Under the pieces are notes generated by a model that did not search any database, was not told the DNA's origin, and saw nothing but the letters and a program-made list of their open reading frames with translations. A stretch of DNA of 64,000 bases. It comes from Coleofasciculus sp. B1-GNL1-01 (GTDB lineage: Bacteria > Cyanobacteriota > Cyanobacteriia > Cyanobacteriales > Coleofasciculaceae). Position numbers and translations under genes: made by a program. Numbering within the stretch: the stretch's first letter is position 1; each line of letters opens with the position of its first letter. Positions 40,504-51,995 of the stretch are shown piece after piece. The DNA is taken from NCBI GenBank assembly GCA_040220235.1, contig JAVJTO010000082.1. The stretch is one strand, 5' to 3'.

Positions 40504-41124
40504 TTAACGCAGAACATCTTTGAGCCAATCCACCAAACTTGCACCGCCAAACCAAACGGCAAGTAAAATAGAAATTGACAGAATTCCGCCCAGTAAACAA
40601 ATAACTAATCCGCCTAAGCTAATTGCCCCATCATCTTCAATTAAGCCAAAACCTGTGACAAAAATACCGATCGCGGGTAAGGTATTGGTTCCGGGAATGG
40701 GAATCATCATCGAGATGGACATGAGTGCGATCGCTACCCCAATCACCACACGACCCGTTAGACTGGTACAGATATAAGCTAGACGTGGACGCGCGATCGC
40801 TTCAATCTTCTTTAACCAAGGAATCCCCCCTTTAACCACTCCCTGCACCGTTTCTAGTTTCATCCTGCCATTCATCACTTTCTGGGGTAACCAGGGACGT
40901 TTAGCACCAATGATTAGCTGAAAGGCTAAAATCAGCATGACAATGCCAAAGGGGATCGAATAACCCGGTGCTGGAACGGGTAACGCTGAGGGAAGCGACA
41001 GGATTACAAACAAAAACCCAAAAATTCGCTCCCCCGCGAAAGACAGAATATCTGCTAGTCTCACCTGAGGCTGTCGATCTTCTTCAAAAAAATAACGTTG
41101 TAGTTCAACCGAAAGTCGAGCCAT
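40504..41124 (-). CDS. exoD: exopolysaccharide synthesis protein ExoD
   Basis: GERIFGFLFVILSLPSALPVPAPG, PWLP, PIPGTNTLPA, EDDG. Start at MARLS. Confidence 0.88.
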   Translation of the reverse strand: MARLSVELQRYFFEEDRQPQVRLADILSFAGERIFGFLFVILSLPSALPVPAPGYSIPFGIVMLILAFQLIIGAKRPWLPQKVMNGRMKLETVQGVVKGGIPWLKKIEAIARPRLAYICTSLTGRVVIGVAIALMSISMMIPIPGTNTLPAIGIFVTGFGLIEDDGAISLGGLVICLLGGILSISILLAVWFGGASLVDWLKDVLR

Positions 41125-41265
41125 TTTCCTGAAACCTTTCGATAAAAATTGAGAATTTGCTGAATTATATCCCTGATTTCTGGAGATCCCCGGCTTCTTC
41201 AAGAAGTCGGGGATCTCTTTTTGAGGATCAAGTCAGGCATGATATCACACCCGAACAATTCCGAA

Positions 41266-42561
<1,296 letters not shown>

Positions 42562-42716
42562 TTAATTTGCATTGCCATCTTACCTAACTTAGCCGATCTC
42601 TAATACTGAGAGGGCGTTTGATCCGGGGGGAGATCGGTTCGTAGTTGCGCTTCAGCGCTATAAACTCATGACTACACACCCTGAAGTCGATGTAATTTTA
42701 GTTCCTAAACCTGCCT

Positions 42717-43790
42717 CTACAGTTGACTTCTGGGTGGCTGATGAAGGACAGGGGCTTGGGCGGGGGGTAACAAGGGTGGGACAGGTTCTGGGGATTCCTC
42801 TGGTTCTTGGGTGGTAACTTGTTTAACTTCACTGACGAAGAAAACAAGCTGATAGGGGTGTCTCATCTCCTTAGAGATAAACTCCTGAACTAACCGCACC
42901 TGCTTAGGCGTGATTTCTTGATCCGTCTCAACCGTGAGATAGACGATGGGTGGCTTAGCAGTCCAATTCACTTTGGTTCTCACCAGTTGTACCTCTGGCT
43001 GACCGATGGTAATTGTTCGCCGTACCAGGGTATTATTAATCGTGGCTTGCAGTCGAGCTTGTCTGGCTAATTCCCAAAAACTGACACCCAACGGCAGGAA
43101 GAGGAGGGCGGTGAAGCCAAATGTCCAGCTCAAGGCGTGATTGACTTTGGTGTAACCTGCTACGATAAACACCAGCATACAGGCTAAGGTGATACCCAGA
43201 AGATTGGTTACATACAGTAAAAATGCGCCTAAGCTAAAGGACCAAATCCCCTGAGACAGCGACAGTCCAACCACACATAAGGGTGGCATTAGGGCAACCG
43301 CGATCGCTACCCCGGCTAAGGCATCGCTGATACGCTCGCGAGTCTTGGCAAAACTACTGATCCCGCCTGCTACCACCGCGATCCCCAAGTCTACTAAATT
43401 CGGCTGGGTGCGAGACAGCACTTCTGAACCATATTCGGGAATCCCAGCAATCCGTCCCGTCAGCCACGAGAGAACTAATGCTATGATTGTCGCACCCGCG
43501 ATCGCACCTAAGGCTTTACGAAATAAAATCAAGTCTCCTTCCAACGCCCCAAACGCTAATCCCCGTAAGGGCAGCATCAACGGAGCAATGATCATCGCAC
43601 CAATGATGACAGCAGTACTGTTGCTAATCAGACCAAACGTGGCAATTAGACAAGAACTAATTGTTAGTACAACATAGTTAATCGTCCAATTCGCATCGGT
43701 TGACAATTCTTGGTGAAGTTGTTTAAATACATCTTCAGTGACGGCTTCCGGTAAAAGCCGATTGAGCATGTGTATATATCGTTGCATCAA
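42717..43790 (-). CDS. DUF389 family membrane protein
   Basis: NSTAVIIGAMIIAPLM, GVAIAVALMPPL. Exact start uncertain. Confidence 0.88.
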   Translation of the reverse strand: MMQRYIHMLNRLLPEAVTEDVFKQLHQELSTDANWTINYVVLTISSCLIATFGLISNSTAVIIGAMIIAPLMLPLRGLAFGALEGDLILFRKALGAIAGATIIALVLSWLTGRIAGIPEYGSEVLSRTQPNLVDLGIAVVAGGISSFAKTRERISDALAGVAIAVALMPPLCVVGLSLSQGIWSFSLGAFLLYVTNLLGITLACMLVFIVAGYTKVNHALSWTFGFTALLFLPLGVSFWELARQARLQATINNTLVRRTITIGQPEVQLVRTKVNWTAKPPIVYLTVETDQEITPKQVRLVQEFISKEMRHPYQLVFFVSEVKQVTTQEPEESPEPVPPLLPPAQAPVLHQPPRSQL

Positions 43791-44072
43791 TGAATTAAAT
43801 GGGTGTTTGATAGATTAGGTTAGGACTGAGAGACTCCCCGACAACTACCTCCTAAGATGGAGGATAACTCGAAAGGAGCGATTGTTAATATTTGCTTGTA
43901 ACTAGCTCCAATGCTATAACTTTTTTTGATCAAGAATTTGTATCCAGCTCAAACAAAGTCATATTGCCCATTTTGCTGCCTTTTGCCCCCAATTCGCTCC
44001 TGTTAATTTTTTTTTTAGTCTATATACTTGGATGTTAAGAAAAGTAACAGGCAAATCATCAGGACGAAGAAT

Positions 44073-45842
44073 ATGCGAATTTCAGCTTTGACAATTGCCG
44101 GATCAATGGCGTTAGCCGGCTGGGTGATCTCTCCAGTTCAGGCTCAGATACCCGGTTTACCCGATGTAAACATACCTACGCCTAATACCATCAAGACACC
44201 ATCAAAGGATGCCGTCGTTGCCAATTGTGTCCGACTCGATGGTCGCTGTTTATTCGAGATTGCGGCAAACAAATCGGAGTTACCCCTCACTACGGCTGGG
44301 GAAGTAGAGGGAGCAGAGGGAGCAGAGGGAACAGAAGAAGCACAAATCACTTTATCCCAACGCATTCAAGAAATAGAACAACGGTTACAGGATATCAGCC
44401 AGACTTACTTCAAAAACGAGAACGTTGAATTAGAGTTTCGCCAAGAACTAGACCAACAAAGCAATTTACCCGAAATTTACATCTCTCTCCTAGATAAGCA
44501 AGACAATCGGTTCAAAGAAGTTCGTTTGATGAGCGTTACCAATCAAGATGCTGATCTCACAGGAGTGCCGATAGAGACTAGAGCCGACGAAATTATCGAA
44601 CAGCTAGAACAACAACTTCCCCAGGCAAAACAGGAACGGCAACCCGAATTTTTGAGGACTCGAATTAAAATTGCCGTGGGTACTGGCGTAGCCATGATTG
44701 TTGCCAGCTTACTCATTTATCGTTGGGAACGCCGCTTAAAACGCTCCAAACAACTGTTAGAGCCTTCTGAGTCAAATGCCGAACCAATATCCACTCAACT
44801 TACCCAAAACCAACAGCGAAATGTCAAAGAAGTTTTACATCGCCTGTTGCAATTAACTCAAGGCGTTATCTGGGTGGGGGGAAGTCTATTTATTTTAAGT
44901 CTATTTCCTTACACCCGACCCCTACAGGTTTTAATCCTTGCCAGTTTCCGGATTCCCATTCGGGTGGGTATTGTCGGCTTGGGAACTTACGTGATCATCC
45001 GTCTCTCTTATGCTTTAACCGATCGCTTCTCCTCTGCCATTGCTAGAAATCATTTACTGACGCCAGAAAGCGCCCAGCGAGCGCAGTTGCGCGTGTCAAC
45101 GGTTTCTGGAGTAACCAAAAATATTATCACCTTGAGTTTGAGTTCGATTGGATTTTTAGTGGCGCTGGTGGCAATTGGGATTGATATTGGTCCTATATTA
45201 GCCGCTTTTGGGATCGTTGGTTTAGGTTTGTCTTTGGCATCACAAAACTTGATCAAAGATGCCATCAATGGCTTCTTTATTCTCTTAGAAGATCAGTATG
45301 CTGTTGGTGACGTGATTGGCGTGGGAGACGTTGGCGGATTTGTCGAAAAGATCAACCTCCGGATTACTCAGTTGCGGGATGCTGAGGGGCGATTAATTAC
45401 GGTTCCCAACAGTGAAGTTAGAATCGTGGCAAATCTTTCCAGTAATTGGTCACGAGCAGATTTAAATATTCCCGTCACTTATCAAGCCGATGTTGATAAA
45501 GCATTGGATTTGGTCAGACAGGTGGCACAGGAGATGATTATGACCCAAATGTGGCGGGAGCGTATCCTGGATCAACCCGATATTTTAGGGGTAGATAACT
45601 TTGGCGATCGCGGTTTTATTATTCGGGTGTGGATTAAAACCCAGCCGTTGAAACAATGGGAAGTAGCGCGAGAGTTTCGCCGTCGTCTAAAAGTGGCATT
45701 TGATGAAGCGGGAATCTTGCTTTCAATGCCTCAGCAAGCGCTCTGGTTTAATAACACCTTACCGATGCAATCCTTGTCGAATGGTCACTCAAATGGCAAT
45801 AGTCACCACGATGTTCAGGCAGAGTATGCTGAAATGGAATAG
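44073..45842 (+). CDS. MscS-family mechanosensitive channel with periplasmic N-terminal extension
   Basis: LASQNLIKDAINGFFILLEDQYAVGDVI, LRITQLRDAEG, VPNS, QWEVAREFRRRLK. Confidence 0.93.
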   Translation: MRISALTIAGSMALAGWVISPVQAQIPGLPDVNIPTPNTIKTPSKDAVVANCVRLDGRCLFEIAANKSELPLTTAGEVEGAEGAEGTEEAQITLSQRIQEIEQRLQDISQTYFKNENVELEFRQELDQQSNLPEIYISLLDKQDNRFKEVRLMSVTNQDADLTGVPIETRADEIIEQLEQQLPQAKQERQPEFLRTRIKIAVGTGVAMIVASLLIYRWERRLKRSKQLLEPSESNAEPISTQLTQNQQRNVKEVLHRLLQLTQGVIWVGGSLFILSLFPYTRPLQVLILASFRIPIRVGIVGLGTYVIIRLSYALTDRFSSAIARNHLLTPESAQRAQLRVSTVSGVTKNIITLSLSSIGFLVALVAIGIDIGPILAAFGIVGLGLSLASQNLIKDAINGFFILLEDQYAVGDVIGVGDVGGFVEKINLRITQLRDAEGRLITVPNSEVRIVANLSSNWSRADLNIPVTYQADVDKALDLVRQVAQEMIMTQMWRERILDQPDILGVDNFGDRGFIIRVWIKTQPLKQWEVAREFRRRLKVAFDEAGILLSMPQQALWFNNTLPMQSLSNGHSNGNSHHDVQAEYAEME

Positions 45843-46022
45843 AGCCTCAATTCAGTGACGCAGTTCACTGTTAAATAAATCATTCATTCTTAGGAAGACG
45901 TAGCCATGCTACGTCTTTTATTTGTTTATAACTATTAAATTCAGTTTAAAACGTAATGGCGTGGCACACCTAACTTGACGGATAACGCTTACGTCCAGAA
46001 ATCGTAGGGACGCACTGACGTG

Positions 46023-46220
46023 CATTGGTGTCAACTTAAGGTGAAAGTCAATGCTGGCAATGTTTTAAGCTGTTTCTATCTACTCCTCAACATTTTCCCC
46101 CTCATCCCCTAACCCCTTCTCCCACCGTGGGGAGAAGGGGAACTGGATTCTCTTGCTCCCCTCTCCCCGGCGTGGGAGAGGGGCTGGGGGAGAGGGGTTG
46201 AGCTTAAGTTGACACGGATG
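46023..46220. mobile_element. MITE-like element carrying a nested palindromic repeat (46097-46197)
   Basis: 13-bp TIR core GTGTCAACTTAAG ... CTTAAGTTGACAC. Confidence 0.75.
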
Positions 46221-46353
46221 AAGGAGAAATCCGGTTTAATCTTTTTCTTGCACCCCCATAAGGGCGGGTTTCACTGATAACGTTTCTCTACAAGCCAATA
46301 ACGTTACTAAACCCGCCCCTACACCTCCAATGCCCAAACCCCCTCGCCATTAC

Positions 46354-46372
46354 AGTACAAATGTACTATAAT
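46354..46372 (+). promoter_or_regulatory. LexA (SOS) box overlapping a perfect -10 hexamer
   Basis: AGTAC-AAAT-GTACT (46354-46367) fits the cyanobacterial RGTAC-N4-GTWCB box; TATAAT lies at 46367-46372. Confidence 0.85.
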
Positions 46373-46433
46373 AGGACTATCAAAGATTCTACGCCGTGAA
46401 CGCCTGACCCCTAAACCATTCAAGATTGTTGCC

Positions 46434-46700
46434 ATGATTAAGCATTACATCCTCAGCATCAACCCCAACGCCGAGTACGAGTGGGAACAACGCATCCTAC
46501 GCCACCCAATCACCGCAGAACGCCCGGATTTCGCCAGTTTAATCGCCCAAGCGGTGGGAGATGAAGCGGGATCGTATTTAGTGGAGGTGAATATTGAAGT
46601 CAACCTTTTAGAGAAAGCCCCAAATCCTCAGCCTCAGAGGAATTCCCTAGATGGAGCCACCAAGACAGTCAAGTCCCAAGCTTCGGAATGGGTGGCGTAG
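46434..46700 (+). CDS. small hypothetical protein
   Basis: 88-aa ORF directly downstream of the LexA-box promoter. Confidence 0.7.
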   Translation: MIKHYILSINPNAEYEWEQRILRHPITAERPDFASLIAQAVGDEAGSYLVEVNIEVNLLEKAPNPQPQRNSLDGATKTVKSQASEWVA

Positions 46701-46774
46701 TCGGTTAACTGTTTAGCTTGGATAACCGGATCAAGGATTGTCCGGATTGATACTTTCATACAGGAAGATTGACA

Positions 46775-47146
46775 ATGAACATGAGTCAGTACCCCGCCGC
46801 GATCGCACAAGCCGCTCAAACTGTTAATGATTTGGACTCACAAATTCAGGCGGTGCAACTTAACATTCATCGCCTAGAAGCCAGTATTGACAAGCAAATT
46901 GCCTTCGATTCTGAGTTAAAAAATGACTCTCAACGCAAAGCACGTCGATTTGAGCTACTAGAGGTGAATTTGGAATATCAGCACGCCCTCAACACCGTAA
47001 TGCGGCTAACCAATCAAAAGGCGAACGCTGTAGCTAACTTGGAATACTTGCGGAATCAGTTCAGTGTAGCCAAACTGGAAGCTCGACTGGCAATCGCCCG
47101 CCAGCTTAATGGTTCAGATATTGGTGATCTGTTGCTGGGCGTTTAA
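46775..47146 (+). CDS. coiled-coil hypothetical protein
   Basis: QYPAAIA...LKNDSQRKARRFE...LEYLRNQFSVAKLE; AGGAAG precedes the ATG at 46775. Confidence 0.75.
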   Translation: MNMSQYPAAIAQAAQTVNDLDSQIQAVQLNIHRLEASIDKQIAFDSELKNDSQRKARRFELLEVNLEYQHALNTVMRLTNQKANAVANLEYLRNQFSVAKLEARLAIARQLNGSDIGDLLLGV

Positions 47147-47253
47147 TAGAGTAATTGCCTTGAGGAACGCCGGACAGGTTTTCGGGCTTACTGAGAATGG
47201 TGCAAGATCTGATTATAGCTATTCCAGGCTGGGTAAGTTGCCCAAAAGAAACT

Positions 47254-47658
47254 ATGACTATTGTGACCTCTCAAGAAATTGCCCGATTCCGTTCTCAGCT
47301 TTCCCATAACCCCGAAGCCATGCAAGCGCTTGATGCGATTGAGGATTGCGAGGGGGATCTAGAAGACGCCGCGATCGCACTCGCGATTCGAGCCGGACAA
47401 CAACCCCAAAGCGATAATGCTCGATGGTTAGACGATTTAGCCAAAAAATGCCGTGCGGTTATTTGTAAGCCGGAATTTCGCCAAGATTTGCTCAATGGCT
47501 CTTATTCTCAGGTGATTGAATACTTAGCCGGGACACCCCTACTTCCGGCGATTCTAGCAACACCAGTCCTGATGTCGGCTCTCAGCCAAGGCGTGACTAA
47601 CTTTTGCGAACCGATTGATGCTCACTTTGAACAGGTTTATGGCGATCGCTCTCCTTAA
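47254..47658 (+). CDS. conserved hypothetical protein
   Basis: MTIVTSQEIARFRSQL...IEDCEGDLEDAAI...LAKKCRAVIC; likely start at the ATG at 47254. Confidence 0.75.
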   Translation: MTIVTSQEIARFRSQLSHNPEAMQALDAIEDCEGDLEDAAIALAIRAGQQPQSDNARWLDDLAKKCRAVICKPEFRQDLLNGSYSQVIEYLAGTPLLPAILATPVLMSALSQGVTNFCEPIDAHFEQVYGDRSP

Positions 47659-47683
47659 TTCGGTGCATCCCAACACCAGTCAA

Positions 47684-47866
47684 TGCAACGCCAGTACAGC
47701 AGTCAGGGGAAGAAGGAAGCCAGTTCTGTGATATCGCGATCGCACCAGGTCACTTTAAAATCACCAGGATACTGTGAGCTAGACCAATACTTCCCCATTT
47801 TACAGTCGGTAGTATAAAGGCGTTGCACTAGACTAGACGACCCACGACCTCCAGTGGGTCTTTTTT
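47684..47866 (+). ncRNA. 6S RNA-like (SsrS/SsaA) structured RNA with 3' terminator hairpin
   Basis: Closing stem TGCAACGCC/GGCGTTGCA, inner stems GGGGAAG/CTTCCCC and CCAGTTC/GAGCTAG, then TAGAC and the GACCCAC/GTGGGTC-T6 terminator. Length is about 183 nt, and the layout matches my recollection of cyanobacterial 6S RNA. Confidence 0.65.
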
Positions 47867-48297
47867 GTGTTCGTTCATAGTTGCGCTTGTAGTTGCGCTT
47901 GTAGTTGCGCTTTAGCGCCAGTTCATCGTGGCGCTGACTTTACCATAAACCGCCCTATTCATTTTATTTCTTCTCAACCTGTTGTATCACAGCTAGTATA
48001 ACTAGCGACAGATATTCCGATTCATGCAGAAGCATTTGTGCCAGCTACTTCAATAATCTACTGATTCAATTCATTGAGCATCAAGTTGACCAAAATAAGA
48101 TTCAAGTTGTCCCCACCACGCACTCACCCCAATTACTTAGACTTCTCAGTATAACAATAGCCAATTGTAAACGGATTTACAGTTGTGGCAATAGTCATTT
48201 AAGTCGCTATCGGTAAATTCGCGATCATTTGGGAGAATCGATGTAATTTGTCTTATGGGGTAACAAATTTTATAATAGATCAAGCTGATAAGCATAA

Positions 48298-48621
48298 ATG
48301 TGGGATTTTATGAGAACTATGATATTGGATGAATTTACCCAATTAACGGCGAAACAGGAAAAATGTCCTTCTGAATTACCCAAAGCATTGCAAGCGTTGT
48401 GGTATGACAAAAGAGGGGATTGGCACAGGGCGCATGACATCGTACAGAATGCCAGCGATAGTGATAGTGCATGGGTTCATGCTTATCTTCACCGCGAAGA
48501 AGGTGACTTAAGCAACGCCCGTTATTGGTACAGACGCAGTGGACAGTCACAATTTAACGGTGAATTGAATCAAGAATGGGAATTTATCGCGTCTAATCTG
48601 CTGGATAAAGTCAACGCCTAA
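48298..48621 (+). CDS. conserved hypothetical protein
   Basis: ALWYDKRGDWHRAH..Q...AWVHAYLHREEGD..NA.YWY motif. The true start may be a few codons downstream. Confidence 0.8.
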   Translation: MWDFMRTMILDEFTQLTAKQEKCPSELPKALQALWYDKRGDWHRAHDIVQNASDSDSAWVHAYLHREEGDLSNARYWYRRSGQSQFNGELNQEWEFIASNLLDKVNA

Positions 48622-48629
48622 ACTAAATT

Positions 48630-48922
48630 GTAGGGGCAGGTTTAACCACTGTAGGGGCGGGTTTAGGGACTAAATTCAGATATTCACCGATAACGGAACA
48701 ACAAAACCCGCCCTAATTCCTGTTCGTAGTAAGGGCTTTAGCCCTTAATCTTGTTGGGTTTCCTGCGTCAACCCAACCTACAACCCGCCTTAATTCTTGT
48801 TGTAAGGGCTTTAGCCCTTAATTCTGTTAAATCTCTTTCATCAACCCACGATGATGGGTAACACAGCAAAAATAGGAATAGATTTGACCATTGAATCGGG
48901 CGCACGTCGGTGCGCCCCTACG
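48630..48922. repeat. cluster of GTAG-type REP palindromes
   Basis: GTAGGGGCGGGTTT..AAACCCGCCCTA, GTAGTAAGGGCTTTAGCCCT, GTTGGGTT..AACCCAACCTAC, GGGCGCAC..GTGCGCCCCTAC. Related units at about 7652-7717, 34190-34252 and 46259-46322. Confidence 0.85.
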
Positions 48923-48957
48923 GTTTCCGGGCGTAAGGTGTGCCATAGCACGACAAC

Positions 48958-50100
48958 CTATTCTTCCAAAAACTGAGACTTAATTTCCTCTAATTCTCTG
49001 TCCATTTGACTTTTAGTTTTTTGAGTATTGGCAGAACCTTTAGTCGGCGGTGTCGATTTTTGCGGCGTACTTTTAGATGTTGGCGGCTGCAAAAATTCAG
49101 ACTTCAAATCCGCTAATTCTTTATCTAAACCTTTGCCATATTGAGGCGGATTTGGCTGGGACTTAATGGGTGCTGAAGCCGGAGGAGGTGCAGGTTTTGC
49201 GGGTTTAACCTTAGCCACAGGGGTTTGAGACTGTAAATCCTGGAGTATCTTCGCTACAGATTGGTAGCGCTGATTCGTCGCATTAACTAACATCTTATCT
49301 AAAATTTTAGCCACGCGATCGCTGACTGGATTTTTCAACCTTTGTCGCCATACCCAAACCCCCTGATTTACATCAAACAAGTCGAAGGGATGGATTCCTG
49401 TCAACAGATGGATACACATCACGCCGAGACTATAGATATCACTCGCAAATACTGCTTTCCCGATACTTTGTTCCGGTGCGACATACCCCACCGAACCAAT
49501 TACCGTCCCGGTTCTGGCTAACGCTGTCCCTGTCGCCACTTTTGATGCGCCAAAATCGACCAAAAACAGTTGCTTATCGCGATTTCGACGAATAATATTT
49601 TCCGGTTTAATATCGCGGTGAATCACATGATGCTGATGAACAAATTGTAAAACAGGCAACAAATTATTCAACACATCGCGAATTTGGGCTTCTGTAAATG
49701 CGCCTTTTCTTGCCAATTCCTGGGCTAAGTCTTCGCCCTCAATAAACTCTTGCACCAAATATTGATGATTATCTTGACAAAAATACGCCAACAGTTCTGG
49801 AATCTGGGGATGTTTACCCAATTCATCTAACCGTACTGCTTCTTGAGTAAATAACTGCGCCGCTTTTTGGACGGTACTGGTTCCCTGGGCTTGGGGGAAA
49901 AACTGTTTAATCACACAGGGCGGATGAGACGGTTTATCTTCATCCACCGCTAAAAACGTGCGCCCAAAACCGCCTTGTCCCAAGGGTTGAACTGTGCGAT
50001 ATCGTTCCTTGAGGCGTACTTTTGACCCGCAGGTGAGGCAAAATTTGGTTCCGGCGGGATTTTGGGGGTTGGTACAGTTAGGATTGAGACAGTAACTCAT
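48958..50100 (-). CDS. Ser/Thr protein kinase with N-terminal 4-Cys motif
   Basis: MSYCLNPNC...CLTCG; LGQGGFG, VIK, HRDIKPEN, DFG, APE, SDIYSLG. Confidence 0.95.
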   Translation of the reverse strand: MSYCLNPNCTNPQNPAGTKFCLTCGSKVRLKERYRTVQPLGQGGFGRTFLAVDEDKPSHPPCVIKQFFPQAQGTSTVQKAAQLFTQEAVRLDELGKHPQIPELLAYFCQDNHQYLVQEFIEGEDLAQELARKGAFTEAQIRDVLNNLLPVLQFVHQHHVIHRDIKPENIIRRNRDKQLFLVDFGASKVATGTALARTGTVIGSVGYVAPEQSIGKAVFASDIYSLGVMCIHLLTGIHPFDLFDVNQGVWVWRQRLKNPVSDRVAKILDKMLVNATNQRYQSVAKILQDLQSQTPVAKVKPAKPAPPPASAPIKSQPNPPQYGKGLDKELADLKSEFLQPPTSKSTPQKSTPPTKGSANTQKTKSQMDRELEEIKSQFLEE

Positions 50101-50464
50101 GGGGATAGTTGGCTATTCAGCGTTTATCTCTATTTTGCCTCTAAATGAGGAGTAGTTTTTTTACTCTTATCCTTTTACCCTATTATCCTATTACTTTATT
50201 CCGTCTCTAACCCAAATGTCGCTGACTTAAGCATTTAGGGAGCGCCGAAACCCTTGATATACTGTAGGGTGGGCATTGCTCACCAACATACCAGTCAGTG
50301 ACATTCCACCTAACCCAGTGTCCAAATCACTGCTTTTTCAATTGGTCAATCCACCTACTTAATAGTTATTGTGCCAAGATAAGATCCAACAGTGTCAACG
50401 CTGCCAGTTCTTGAATGTTGAGGCATTTTACCAACCGTGAGTTCTCGATAATCTGGGGCGAAGT

Positions 50465-51490
50465 CTATCTCTCTTTCAAATACGCTTTAACTAAAGCTTG
50501 AACGGCGAACAGCGATGATCCGTTATCGGTTATTTTTTCAATTAAACCCCGTTTCCTCAAAGATTGTACCGCCTTCAAAAAATCGGAATCAGACAATGCT
50601 AACTCGGCGGGTTTGAGGGAAATGTCTGCCGCATTTTGGTTCGCTAACCACAGCGTTACCATTTGCTCAGATTCAGATAATCGTTGATATTGTGCCTTTA
50701 ATCTGGGTTCTAAGTCTCCCAGAAATAGATTGGGATAGGATAAGAAGCGATCAACGCTACTGTTAAATAAATCTTGGATGGTAGAAGCGATTATATTTAA
50801 CCAGGATGGATTGCCGCCGTAACGTTCGATAAGTTCCCACCATTTATCCTCATCGGTTAACCCTTTGTTCGTCAAGAGTTCCGCCGCCGACTCTCCCAAA
50901 CCACCAAGCTGTAATGTGCGGCAGTGGCGGTTTTCTCCTTCTAAGATAGCAATTTCTGTGGGTTTTTCCCAACTCATGAGGAGGAAGCAACTGTGGTGAG
51001 GTGTTCGCGCCATTTGTTGCCAGAATTTCCTGTAATTTTCACAATCTGGTAGATAGATGCCTGCTAATTCACCACTGGCAAAGAGTTCTTGGAGATCGTC
51101 GAGGATGATCAGGCAGGGATGCGATCGCAGATAGTCGATTAGGGAGGGAAGTTGGGTTTCTCTATCTTGAGAAAAGAACTGAGTTAAGTTGGTTTGTAGG
51201 CATTTCAGCGTCAGGGTTTCAGTGCAGTTGCGCCAGAGTATATAATCGAAATTATCTTTAATTTGTTCGATGAGTTCTCTAGCGATGGTGGTTTTGCCGA
51301 TACCCGGTAATCCAAAGATAGTGACGATGCGGATTTTTTCTTGGAGTATCCACTGTTTGAGGGTGGTTAGTTCTGTGGTGCGGTTGTAGACGCGATCGCA
51401 CTCCGGTGCTTCGGTTAAATCGTGGCGTTTTTCAGGTTTGTGGCTGGTGGCGTTTGAGGAGCGCGATCGGTGTTTTTTTGCTTTTTTTTT
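50465..51490 (-). pseudogene. 5'-truncated NB-ARC/STAND-like P-loop ATPase
   Basis: The frame is open from 51490 with no start codon before 51013. It contains Walker A GLPGIGKT (about 51290-51313), Walker B LIILDD and GGNP. The upstream part is replaced by IS sequence. Confidence 0.8.
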
Positions 51491-51860
51491 CTATTTTATG
51501 CAGGTTTTCGGTCAGGTGATACCAGTCTAAAATTTCGATTCTATCCTTATTCTCCCCAATTTCGGCAAAGATGTTCCATATCCCGTCATGTCCATCCCCT
51601 AAGCAGTACAAGGGTGAGGTTAATATTTGACTATTTATCCAATCCGTTAAAGATAGATTATCTTGAAAGAAAGCTCCGTAATAAATTCCTTGTAAGCGAG
51701 CTGTTTTATATTCTTGCCAAAAACTCGGTTCTCCTTTGTCTTCCATCCTCAAGCGAATTTTACCGCCATCAACGCTTATCTCTGATAACCCTTGTTTTAG
51801 ATCCGGAAGTGGTAAGTCAATTTGGTTCACTTTTCGATGATGCGTGGAACGCGATAATAG
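51491..51860 (-). mobile_element. internal fragment of an ISKra4-family transposase
   Basis: SEISVDGGKIRLR...YYGAFFQDN..L...INSQ...CLGDGHDGIWN...EILDWYHL.ENL; no termini seen. Confidence 0.85.
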
Positions 51861-51995
51861 CTTGCGAATAACTTTTCTCTCTTTTCCAAAATGGGATGAT
51901 CCCTGATGGACGGGGAATTAATATTTGTCATGGGCTTATCTTCCATCGTCACGGCAAGGGTAGCGGGTTCTGCGGCGGGGTTAACCGATCCCGTG

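Noticed and set aside
47878..47918. 12-bp tandem GTAGTTGCGCTT x3 (and other REP clusters) as a possible CRISPR array
   Set aside because: No unique spacers of regular length and no cas genes; it is slippage of a REP end.
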